From positions 9,439,308 through 9,503,307 of the forward strand of contig CM119271.1 in assembly GCA_051294375.1 (NCBI GenBank): a stretch of DNA of 64,000 bases. The letters run 5' to 3'. This stretch comes from Paraspadella gotoi. Taxonomy: Eukaryota; Animalia; Chaetognatha. Under the pieces are notes generated by a model, which ran no database searches, was not told the DNA's origin, and was given only the letters and a program-made list of their open reading frames with translations. Made by a program: the position numbers and the translations under genes. Of this stretch, positions 14,616-26,400 are shown in pieces. The stretch's first letter is position 1; each line of letters opens with the position of its first letter.

Positions 14616-14661
14616 AAACAGACATGTTTCGGCTTTGGTTTTCAAGCCTTCTTCAGTGTTT
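14616..14661 (-). ncRNA. Hammerhead ribozyme from a second, distinct pLTR family
   Basis: Minus strand AAACA-CTGAAGA-A-GGCTT..AAGCC-GAAAC-ATGTC-TGTTT: 5-bp stem I, 5-bp stem II, intact core. Confidence 0.75.
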
Positions 14662-14690
14662 GTGAATTAGACAAAATATTGTGCAAAAGA

Positions 14691-14721
<31 letters not shown>

Positions 14722-15077
14722 AAGTTAAAGTTTCCAATAATGTCTACAAATATATTGTATTTTACTATTATTTTCCAGAGACAATATAAACAAAATTTTT
14801 TTGGTACTAGTTAATCATAATATCTAACATTTAAATTTCCTTGTTTGATCACTCCAATAAATTTTTTGTTCTTGAGAGCTCTACTCTAATAAGTATATTA
14901 CCGTATTTTTAGCACTAATATTCTCCGGTAACTCCAAAGCATTTAAAATCGAAATAAAAATGATAAATAATCGCTGTCGTTTTTAACTTTTCATGTTTCT
15001 CAATTAAAAAAAAGAAAAAAAAACTGCATTGCTCCTTACAAATTTAATGATTACAAAAAACAAAAAAAACTTATTAA

Positions 15078-18000
15078 TCATCTTCGCTTTTGCCTAATAT
15101 TGAGCAGAATGACGGCCAGCACGTGATAAACGACCATGAGCACCACGAGCATCAAGATGTCGAAACACAAATTTTGTTCGTGATAAGACCACAAGTCCAA
15201 CACTTGGTGATAATTTAAAGTCATATTGTCGTTCACACATCGAGAGGGTATGCGTTGTACCTTGTGGGAACATAGTAGGGGAGAGAATTAGGGGAATGAA
15301 AGAAAATAAATGATAGTGAATATATAAATAGATAAAGAAAGAAAGTAAGTGAGAAATAAAGAAAAAAAGAAAGAAAGAAAGAAAGAGAGAAATAAAAAAA
15401 TATTGTTTCTTTTGTCCAAATGAAACAGTTAAAAAAACAAAATACCGCTTCATTGGTAAGAAAGGTAAGTAAGACTAGTTAGATCAAAATCAGTTCATTT
15501 ATTAACTAAATTAAATTACTATATTGCTAGTACCAATATAAATTAGTACTAAATAAATAAATAATAAAATGAATAATTGATAAATAAATTAATATCAACT
15601 AATTGCTCACCGCTCTCCAGAGCAATATGCTTAACGCTTCAAAGCCGTAATAAAAAAATGAAAACCAACGCATCCACCTAGAAAAGAATTAGATTGTGCA
15701 AAAATAGTCATTTTAAAAAAAAAATAACCAAAGATAAATTAAACTTACTACTTTATTATTATTATAGTCTATTTTTTTAAATACAAAATGTTAGATTTAT
15801 TCAAGTAAATATTAATCTTCAAAACTAGCCTTCTTTAGTATTTTAAATCTTAGAATCGGGAGAGGTATGTCATTGTCGTCTTCAGGAAATAGAGGGAGCA
15901 TCTGTTATCTTTACAACACAAGGATAGAATTCTATAAAATACTATTAAATTCCATGGGAATATTATAACTCAAAATCGTTTCAATCATAGCAATTCGTAC
16001 AAACCTCAACACGAGGGGTATCGAATCTTTGATGATGAAATATCCGGCAAAGAGCATCGGGATCAACATAAAGGGATTCGCTAACGCGATGGCCCATTCC
16101 AAGCTTCCACCGATGCAGCTGAAAGTCGGACAATTTATTTTAAAAAAATGGATTCAAATTTAACAGTTAATATTTACAAAAAAAAAAAAAAGAATAATAA
16201 TAGCGTAGCAAAAATAGAATAGCGCAACATTAATTTCTTTCTAATATAAACCGTAACGATTATAAATTTTAGGCTTTGATTTAGCCAAGTTACCTTATTA
16301 AATATCCATAAGCGATGGTAGTCTGAAAGTTATAGGGAGAGTGTTTTTAGCTCATTTTAATTCTGTAGTATCATTGCAGGAAATGGACCGGTTAAAACTT
16401 TTAAACTTTTTCCATTAAGAAAGATATACAATCGTGATTTCGACATTTCGTAATTCGAACCTGCATGGAAATTTCGTAGACCAAGATGAACCAGCAGAAC
16501 AACTCAAACTGAGATCCTTGATTCGCTTTGAACCCGACCATCCAAAAGGTGACGAAGACTCGAACGGTGACGATAGCGATGCCTATCACAAGCGAAGCCG
16601 TTACCTTAACGATAAATTGGAATTAATTAATTATTTTATTAATTAATTAATTAATTAATTAATTAATTAATTAATAATTAATTAATTAATTGATAGTATC
16701 CATTAATGGATACGTTATGAATTAATTCATAAACCATTTATAAATAAGCAGTCCCCCGTAACTATTTTTTTCGATTTTTTCTTCACATTATTAGTAAATT
16801 ACCGTTCTTCATTACTAATATCTAATTAGAAAACTAGGGCAGAAAGTAACTTTTAACTTTGTTTTGTATAGATGCTCCCTTTATTTCCAGAAGACAACAC
16901 TAACATCCCTCTCCCCATTACATTATAAAAGAATATACTTATATAAAGTATATAATTAAATTTAATATACAGTGAAATTTATAAAATTAATAAAATTTAT
17001 AAAATTAAAATTTTAATATAAAATATAAATTTGTTTTACTGATTTAGACTTTAAAATTTTATATTAAAGTCTAATTCAGTAAAACAAGTAATTTTACAAT
17101 TTTTCATAACTAGAACATAATTCGAATATTAATTATTTAACCTGGGAGAAGTAGTAGATGGTCGGCGAATAGAGTCCAGCCACGTGATCGCGTTGCAGAA
17201 GAGGGAAACTGAGGGGGAACTTCTCGACGACCCCATAGACCGTGTCGAAGAAGATGCTGAGGGCGGGAAGATTTAAACGTAAATTCATTAAGATTTAATG
17301 ATTTATCGTTAAAACAAGTTGGAGCAAACAATGTCGGATCTGCCCACGATTAATTATTTGATTAATTAATACATCTTGCATTTCCATTTAAAATAAAAAG
17401 AAAAAGAAGAATAATCAATTAGTGAAGCAAGTCCTTTGTTTTTCCCATTTAAACTCATTTCCACAATTCCATTGAAACTTGATTTCCAGTTTAATCACGC
17501 ACTTTTCTACCCAAATAGAAAATTTCAAGTCAATCGCCCCATCCACTCATGAGTAATTGGTGTTCAAATGGTGAAATATATTTTTTTGGTTTTTTCCATT
17601 TAAACTCATTTTCACTCTGTCGATTCCATCGAAACTTCATATCCATCTCAATCACACACTTCCCTACCCACACACAAAATTTCATTCCAATCCATCCAAC
17701 CAATCACGAGTAATTGGTGTTTTTTGCTAAGGTGGGACGGAGGGACTGACGGACGAACGGATGGACGGATGGACAGACAAACAGACGGACGGACGGACAT
17801 CGGTTTTTTGCATAATTTATCATAATTCGATGTTCTGACATGATATAAGTGAATGCCCGACAAGGTTGAGGGGGCAGACCGAGGGACCGACAAAGTGAAT
17901 TATAGAGTCGGGATCTGCTGATAAGCAGATCCGACTAAAAATGTTCACGATGGACTTGCAGAGGAAAGCAGGAGACCACAACTTAAAATCATTTTTCCCC

Positions 18001-21000
18001 CCAACTTTTTATGTTATTATCAGTAAGCAGTAAAAAAAAAAACTTTAAAAATTCTGAATTGCTACTTTATCTATGTATTATGAAAACATTTTTCTATATT
18101 GATTCCCAACTTCGATGTTGGTGACAGTAATTAGTAAAAAATTAGAGCTTTAATAATTCTGCATTGCGACTTTATCTATGTATTATGAAAACCTTTTAGT
18201 ATAATAATTCTTATCTTCGATGTTGGTGACAGTAATTAGTAAAAAATTAGAACTTTAAAAATTCTGCATTGCGACTTTATCTATGTATTATGAAAACCTT
18301 TTAGTATAATAATTCTTATCTTCGATGTTGGCGACAGTAATTAGTGACATTTGGTAAAAAAATTGAGCTTTAAAAAAAATTTTAAGAGGAAAGGTCATTC
18401 AGCATAACAATACGTAATCATTGATGTGTTAGAGCTAATATATCGAGAAATACATTATAGTCATCAGTAATCACAAAAAAAGTTTCTTATTTATATGTAA
18501 ACATTCCGTTTTCAATATTTTTTTTAAAATGGGTAAATAACAAATTGTTAAGTTAAATGGGTAAGCACATTTTTTAAAGATTTGTTTTTCAATCTGGTTG
18601 TTAAAAAATTCTAGGTAAGAAGTTAAAACACGGTATGGAATAGTTTAGAAGGGGAGAATTAAGCAATTAATCTCGTTACTCTGTTGGTTTTCCAGTCATG
18701 AACAAAATCTTCAGTTAAATAGATAGTAAAGAAATTCGAGCTACAATGAATCTACACTGAATTTGAAGAGTTGCAGCCTAAACGACTGCAATAATATTGA
18801 ATTAAAAATCTGATTAGCAATCTTAAACATTTGTAAAAATGTAATAGAAAGACATTTTGATAAACGCGTTCCAGTTAGAAAGAATTCAGGGTTAAAGTTA
18901 AAAAACGTTTCATTTTCAAGGATACAAGTTGAAATTTAAAAATGTCTCTCTATTACATTTTTCTAATTCAGTAATAAAAAATTCATAAAAAATATCAGGT
19001 GGATAGGCCTTTTCGTTTGACCTGCAACTCTTCAGATAGGTTCTTTTATTTTATATTATAATTAAAACCGATATAAAATGGGGTAGAATGCATCAAATGC
19101 TTAAAGTGAATACATTTTCGGAATCGCCAGGAGCTCAGCTTTCTGAATTTGCCATTTTAGCCTATTTTAAAGTTGAATTAAATGACCCTTTTCCTTAAAG
19201 ACGCATCGAAAATTTATATCTTAGTATAACAATGACTTGCTAATGACAAAGTCATTTCTTTAATTAAATGTTGATTCTTAGTTGCCATTCCATATTTTCT
19301 ATACAAACATTTTAGTAAATAATATTTCGAGTTACAAGAGGACATTAAGATCTTATTAATCGTTGTGAGTCATTAAAACTAATCCCGACATCTAAAAAAA
19401 CAATATACTTTCTGGCGGTTCGATCATGATCAATTTATTTGAATTGTCAGCGTTTTTTCCTTTTTTTACTCAAACTCTCGATCATTTAAATTATTCGATT
19501 CAAAATACGAAGAACAAAGTTGCTGTTTATTATCAAGAAAAGGTTGTCACGATAAGTTTTCCTAATGATAATTTCTACTGTTCTTTTATTTTGACTCAGG
19601 ATTCAGCTTACGTCAAGTTTAGCGAACTTTAGCTATAATAGTTTTATTAATAGCTATATTACCAAATTACTAATGACCCTCTACTCACTCTGTCAGCAAG
19701 AAGAAGACAACGCCGGAATAATTTTGCTGCAAAAGAAAAAAAAAAAAGAAAACTGAAGAGAGAGTATGTGTTAGTGACAGAACCGTTCAATATAAGCAGT
19801 GCCAGAGCTTCGGATCAGGCGGTAACACCGAGTTACAGGCGGGTTAAGCGCACCGTCCCTCTTAACTGCTAGGCAACCACCGGGCTCGAACCCAGGACCT
19901 TTGGGTCGGGAGGCGAATGACTTGCCTCCGGCATCAATGGCCGCTGATGAACGGTTGGTAGAATTTAGTCTACCATAAAACGATTGATTCGTCACTTTCA
20001 CAAGAGTGTTATTATTATTTATTATGTTATTATTATTATTAAAATATTACCTGCCTTCTCACTATCGTTGAATATTAGCTATTGCATGGTCTTTCCTATC
20101 ATTCTATCTATTCATAAGGCCCTCTCTATCACGCTACCCTCACAGTGATTCTCAGCATCACATCACATCACTAAATCCTTATCAACAAAAGACTCGACCA
20201 TCAATATACTTTTAACCTTGCCCTCAATATCGCTTAATACTTACCAAACGCTGCCCTTCAAACTCTACCCGTCAAACTTACCCCATCAAACTTTCACCAT
20301 CAAACTCCAACCCGCCCCAGAAAACATTCACCACCAAACTTGAACTCCCCCATCAAACTTTACCCATTTAACTCAAACACGGCCCAGCAAACTTTCATCA
20401 TCAAAGCTAAACTTTTCCCCGTCAAACTTTCCCCATCAAACTTTCCCCAGAAAACATTCACCACCAAACTTGAACTCCCCCATCAAACTTTAACCATTTA
20501 ACTCAAACACGCCCCAGCAAACTTTCACCATCAAAGCTAAACTTTTCCCCATCAAACTTTCCCCATCAAACTCTCACCATCACGTTGCTATCGATGATCG
20601 TTTGATAATACAAACAGCCCAGAAAGAGTGCCAGCACCAGCGCCTCCACCAGCTTCAGCAGCAGGAAGAACGGGTCTCGCCCCAGCTTCTTAAAAGTCCG
20701 GTACATCAGCCAGATGTACTGATTGGCCGGGCTCGTTTGGTAAGAGTTCAGGCTGAAGGGGTAGATTCTGTGGAAAAAATGATGGAGGAAACATCAAATG
20801 AGATTTTCGGGGTATTTTACAAACTGTACGGGTCTTATTTCTTTACATATTGATTGTCATCATTGTTTATTTTAATGTTGATTATTGTTGATAGTTGTTG
20901 ATAGTTGTTGATAATCATTAATTAAAAATAATCAAAAACTCTGAGATACAAAGTAAAGTTGCTATAAAAATTTGCATTATAAATGGGATATTTGTTGGAA

Positions 21001-23386
21001 AATGTTTTTGTCATAAAATAATAAAGTAATAAATTTTGAATACATAGATAAGAACTAGGAAGCTGTCAATTATCCAGCAAGTTTGAAAATATATTTAAAG
21101 GTAATTTTCCTTTTTTGTATGGTGGACTAAAATCCACCAACTGTTCATCAGCGGCATTGGTGCCGGAGGCAAGTCATTCGCCTCCAAACCCAAAGGTCCG
21201 GGGTTCTAGCCCGGTGGTCGCCTAGCAGTTAAGAGGGACGGGCGCTTAACCCTCCTGTAACATGGTGTTACAGCCTGATGAGAAGCTCAGGGACTGCTTA
21301 TTTGAACAGTTCTGTCATTAACACATAACAATTATCACTGTCTGTCTCTTCATTGGTGAGCCCGACTTCCAAACACACAGCAACAACAACACTTTCAGGC
21401 GACATGCTCAACCTGGCGATGCACTTTCCGCCAACAACACATCAGGCGACATGCCTCAACTTGGTGACGAACTTTCCACCAACAACAATGGAAGAAACGC
21501 AACAGACTTCTCCCTACGGGAGGGGGGGATACAGTGGACTAAAATCCACCAACCGTTCATCAGCGGCCATTGTGCCGGAAGCAAGTCATTCGCCTCCCAA
21601 CCCAAAGGTCCGGGGTTCTAGCCGGTGTCGCCAGCAGTTAAGAGGGACGGGGCGCTTAACCCGCCTGTAACATGGTGTTACAGCCTGATCCGAAGCTCAG
21701 GACTGCTTATTTGAACAAGTTCTGTCATTTAACACATAACAATTATCACTGTCTCTTCATCTGATTAATTATTACTTGTTCTAACGGAATTAGATTAACC
21801 TCTCAATTCTCGGAAAAGGTTTTCGATTAGCGTCCTTGATGAGCTCTCGGTATTTATTCCCGTAAGTCGACGATTCAAATGAACTCGCAATTATCTGAAT
21901 ACAGGGTTTTGTTAAATAAGCTTGACCAAATAGTTAAACACTGTACCATGTAAAATATCAAAAGATATATTAATAATTATTATCGAAGTAATATGTAGTA
22001 TGAGTTATAAACAAAAATCTATCATGGCTTACCTAAATTTAGGTAAGTTTTCTAAATTCGGCCACAATAACTTACCCTAACCCGCTTCCTTCGGAAATCT
22101 TCCTCTCCGGGCACCACAGCCAAAGTGTGGATTAAATGGTCGGCCAAATTGTAGTTTTTCGGACATGGGAAACCCATCCTAAATTTTGCAAAAAAAAAAA
22201 TGGTTGGTTTGGTGTGACTATCATGATCAGTATATTGATGTTAGTTATTAATAGAGTTTTTAACTTCAACTATGAGTTTACACAACGGTTTTAAACAATT
22301 GTTTTTAGTTTAGCGGTTTTATTAAATAGAAGTAATAACAATTTAACGATGTGAAACACTTTACATACGAAAAAAAAAAAAAAATTAAAAAAGAATCAAA
22401 ACGAAAGGAAATTTGACTCGTGACGATAAAACAAATGACAAAATGAGACCAACTGCCATCTAACGCCGGCCTCATGTCTAACAAAAAAATTTACAAAACG
22501 GAAAAAAAAATAAACAAAAGACAACCCGTCGAAAAACTCTGCGGCGTCGTCCACGCAGCCGCAGAAGCAGAGCCTTCCTTCGCCCAAGAGGTAGAGTCGA
22601 TCGAACATGGCGAAGGTTTCGGACGAAGGCTGATGGATCGTCGACACTATCGTCTTGCCCTCTCGGGCCATCTTCTGGAGAGTGGGGGTTTAAATTTGGA
22701 GGGGGGTGGGTAAGGGGGTTAGGACCGAGTGTCGGCGGACGAAAAGAAAAAGGAAAAAAATGAAGAAAGAAAATAAGGAAAGAAATGAAAGAGGAAGCTT
22801 GGAAAGGAGAAGGATGCAAGGTAGAAAGAAAGAAAGAAAGAAAGAAAAAAAGAAAGAAATAAAAGAACGAAAGATAGAAAGAAAGAAATAAAGAAAAAAG
22901 AAATAAAAGAACGAAAGATAGAAAGAAAGGAAAAGAAAAGAAAAGAGAGAATACCATCACAAGGTAAGCACGCCAAAAAATCAGATATAAGCGAGCAGTC
23001 ATCCAAATATATGTGAGGTTAAATTGAGTTTAGTTAAGTCACCATTGGTAAACTAAACGCCAAAGAAACAAGAACGGTTCATCCAATGTGTTGCACCGCA
23101 GTAACTTGCTTAGCCTATGGATTGGAATATCGTCTTTCATTCCTTATAGTTTTAGGATTTCCTTACGGTGGCGCTAGCAGTCACTTAGATTTGAATTTTT
23201 TTCCTGTCTTAACAAATGAGCATCTAATTATAGGTGAGTTATGAGCATTTTTAACGTAAGTGGGACAGATCGATGGACAGACATACTGACCGACCGACAG
23301 ATCGACCGAAAGGTCACTTATAGAGTTGCTCCACGAGTACTCGCGGCGCAACTAAAAAGGAGATAAATTCTACAATCCCCCTAATT

Positions 23387-23429
<43 letters not shown>

Positions 23430-26400
23430 GAAAAAAAAATAAAATCTTCGACTCCTTAATCCAACCCCCCCTTTACCGCCCCCCCTTCCTCCCGCCACCA
23501 TCTAACTTTCAAAACTCCGACGACGGTTTGCGCCATGAAGGAATCCAAACCGGAAGTGGGTTCGTCGCAAAACAACAACATCGGATCGGTGAGCAACTCG
23601 GCGGCGAACGAGAGACGCTTGGCTTCGCCGCCCGAGATGCCCTTCAACTCGCCGGGGATGCCTGATGAGGTGGGAGAAGGGGAGGCACAGAGGCTCGAAT
23701 TATAAGCACCACCCTGCAAAATTCCATAACTCCTCATTCGCCCTGCCAATCAAGTATATACACAGAGGGTCCAATTATAAGTACCACCCTGCAAAATTCC
23801 CTAAGTCCTCATTCGCCCTGCCAATCAAGTATATACACAGAGGCTCGAATTATAAGCACCACCCTGCAAAGGGGGAGAGAGAGAGGGGGGGAAATGGGGG
23901 ACGATGATTGATTGATTGATCGATCCGACGCGTGGAGCGAACCAGGAGACGGGATTCCGATAATGTCGACATTGTTGAGATATTGCATAATGCATAAGTT
24001 GCGGATGAAAGGTAATTGCAAAATAATAAGTATGTTGTGCCTTGTGGCGGTATATTCACACCGCCTCACGTCCACCATCGTTCAATCAACACCATTGGCT
24101 CACAGGGGTAACGCATCATCCCAGGCGTTGTGTTCCATCCACAGTCCTAACGACTTCCCTCTTCGTTGACCGTCCTGGGGTAACCGCGCCAGTCACTGGA
24201 TGCGTCGCTGAGGATCGGGAGCCCCCAAAGCCAACAGTGAGATCCCCCATCACTATGGGCATGACAGGGAACCCGGCTGTTGCCATTATGTATTATGTTT
24301 TGAAAGTAATTTACTTACATTTTCTTACTTCATAATTTGACAATTTTTTTTAGATCAACTAGATATAAACAAAATATTAAATGCAGGATTCTTAACTGCA
24401 TATTTCTCATTGAGACGTTTTCTTTTACCAGATTCTGCCCGAATCCAATCGTCAGGTTACGACGTAACAGTAAATTTTAGTTTTCTAAATGATTAAGTAT
24501 GCTTTGTACGAAGTAATTGGCAATTACATTTTTTTTAATTAGAAGCATGTTTTTACCGCTCGAAAAAAATATATATATTTTAGAAAGTTTCAAAAATTAG
24601 TTACGTTATTCTTATTAAAATTAGAAGGAGCATCTTCATCTAATAAACATCGAACAAATGACGCGCGTGCGCACTGCTCAATACGCACGCCTCGCACTCC
24701 TTTGCACGCACCGATGATGGAGTGTTCGCACTTCTTGAGACCGACCGACTTCATGACTTCTTCGATTCTCTGTAGCTTTTCTTCTTTGGTGCAGTTTTTC
24801 ATCCGGAGATTCGCGTGAAAGATGAGATGCTCACGGACTCTGGGGTGGATGGAACGAAGAGAGGTGAAGAGAGAGGACACTCTTCTCCGAAAGCTGCCCA
24901 TTTTGAATTAAATTTAAAATTAAGTTTTTTTTTTTTTTTGTTTTTTTTTTAAGGTTTAATAATCACACATTAATCGGGTTAGGGGTTTTGAATAGGGATT
25001 GCGTCATGAATTTAGGTTATGGATTAGGTTAGCCATTAGGGTTGTGGTTAGGGTCAAAGTTTTGGTTTTGGATTGGTGTTGGATGTTGGAAGATATGATT
25101 AGGAAATAGAGTAAGGGATCGGATATTTTGGTTAGGGATTAGGGCAAGGAATCGGGCTAGGATTAGCAATAATTTTAAGGATTAGGAATTTAAATATCTT
25201 GAATACGAGATAAAAAGAGACTGAAAAGTTTTAGAAGTTGTTTAAATTACTAAATGGCTGAAAACTTGTTATAAAGTGAAATTCGGAAAAAAGATACGAG
25301 CAAAGATCTACTAAAATATCAAGATTGCTCGAGAAGATGAGATCGAAGAAGATGATCCAAGTTGAAGTAAACCATAGAAGATGAGAAGAAATGAGATGAA
25401 TTCGGACGATCGAGCGATCTATCTCCCAACGGATCGTCGAAACCTCTGACCTTAACGTTCCCAAAAACAAGTCCTCCTGCTGAACGAAGCCGGAGATTCT
25501 GGACATGACCGTCGGGGAGATGGCTCGTCCGTTGACCAACACGTTGCCCTCGACCTTGTTTTTTTATAATTAATATTATTATTATTATTAATACATAATT
25601 AATTAACTGGAGTATCGAGCCGCCAAAAGTCAACCGGGGAAAAAAATAAATAACTTTTATTTAATATATATAAAAAATTATAACTTTTATTTATATATAT
25701 TTTCTTTAGATTAATATTATTTATATTGTTCATAACGAAATATTAAAATAAATAGCAAAACACTTTTGGGTTTAATTTTAAAACGAAATTAAAACAATCC
25801 TAAAATCGTTATCTATACATTGGTACTAAGCAATTCAAGAAAATTAAAATCGTACTTCCAGTTATTTATTATTAAATTATGTAATATAATCGGTTGTTCA
25901 TAGTTTTCTTTACTGTTTTTTAAGATTCTATATAAAATACGGTTCTCACCCTCAATTGTTTGATTCCAGTTCTATTTAAAATATTTAACAAGGTCGTTTT
26001 TCCGGCGCCACTGGCGCCCATCAACGCCGTCAGAGTTCCGGGCACGGCGACGCCGCTCACGCCGTGTAGAATCACTGCCGGTTTCGAGTGTTACAGTTTC
26101 TTAGGAACTTCTTAAGAATTTCAAGCGTTTGTCTTTTGTTTTTCCCTTTTACCTTTGATACGAGGCGGCGGTGGTTGTCCTTTTTTCGCCCTGCGCTTCG
26201 GCAAAAACGCGGCTGCCTTTTTGACAAAATGACCAAGGTGAGAATCATTACGTATTTAGGAATAGTTTACACATCATTTTTAGTTATGATAGTTATGATA
26301 GTTTCCGATTTGTAAAGAAAAGCTTAAAATATGTAGAGCCATATTATGATTATAGTGACAAAATTTATGAAAATTTTAAGGGTAAATTTTCAACGATTAA

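Noticed and set aside
21148-21222. tRNA gene
   Set aside because: A/B boxes present but embedded in a five-copy longer repeat with poor cloverleaf; SINE head
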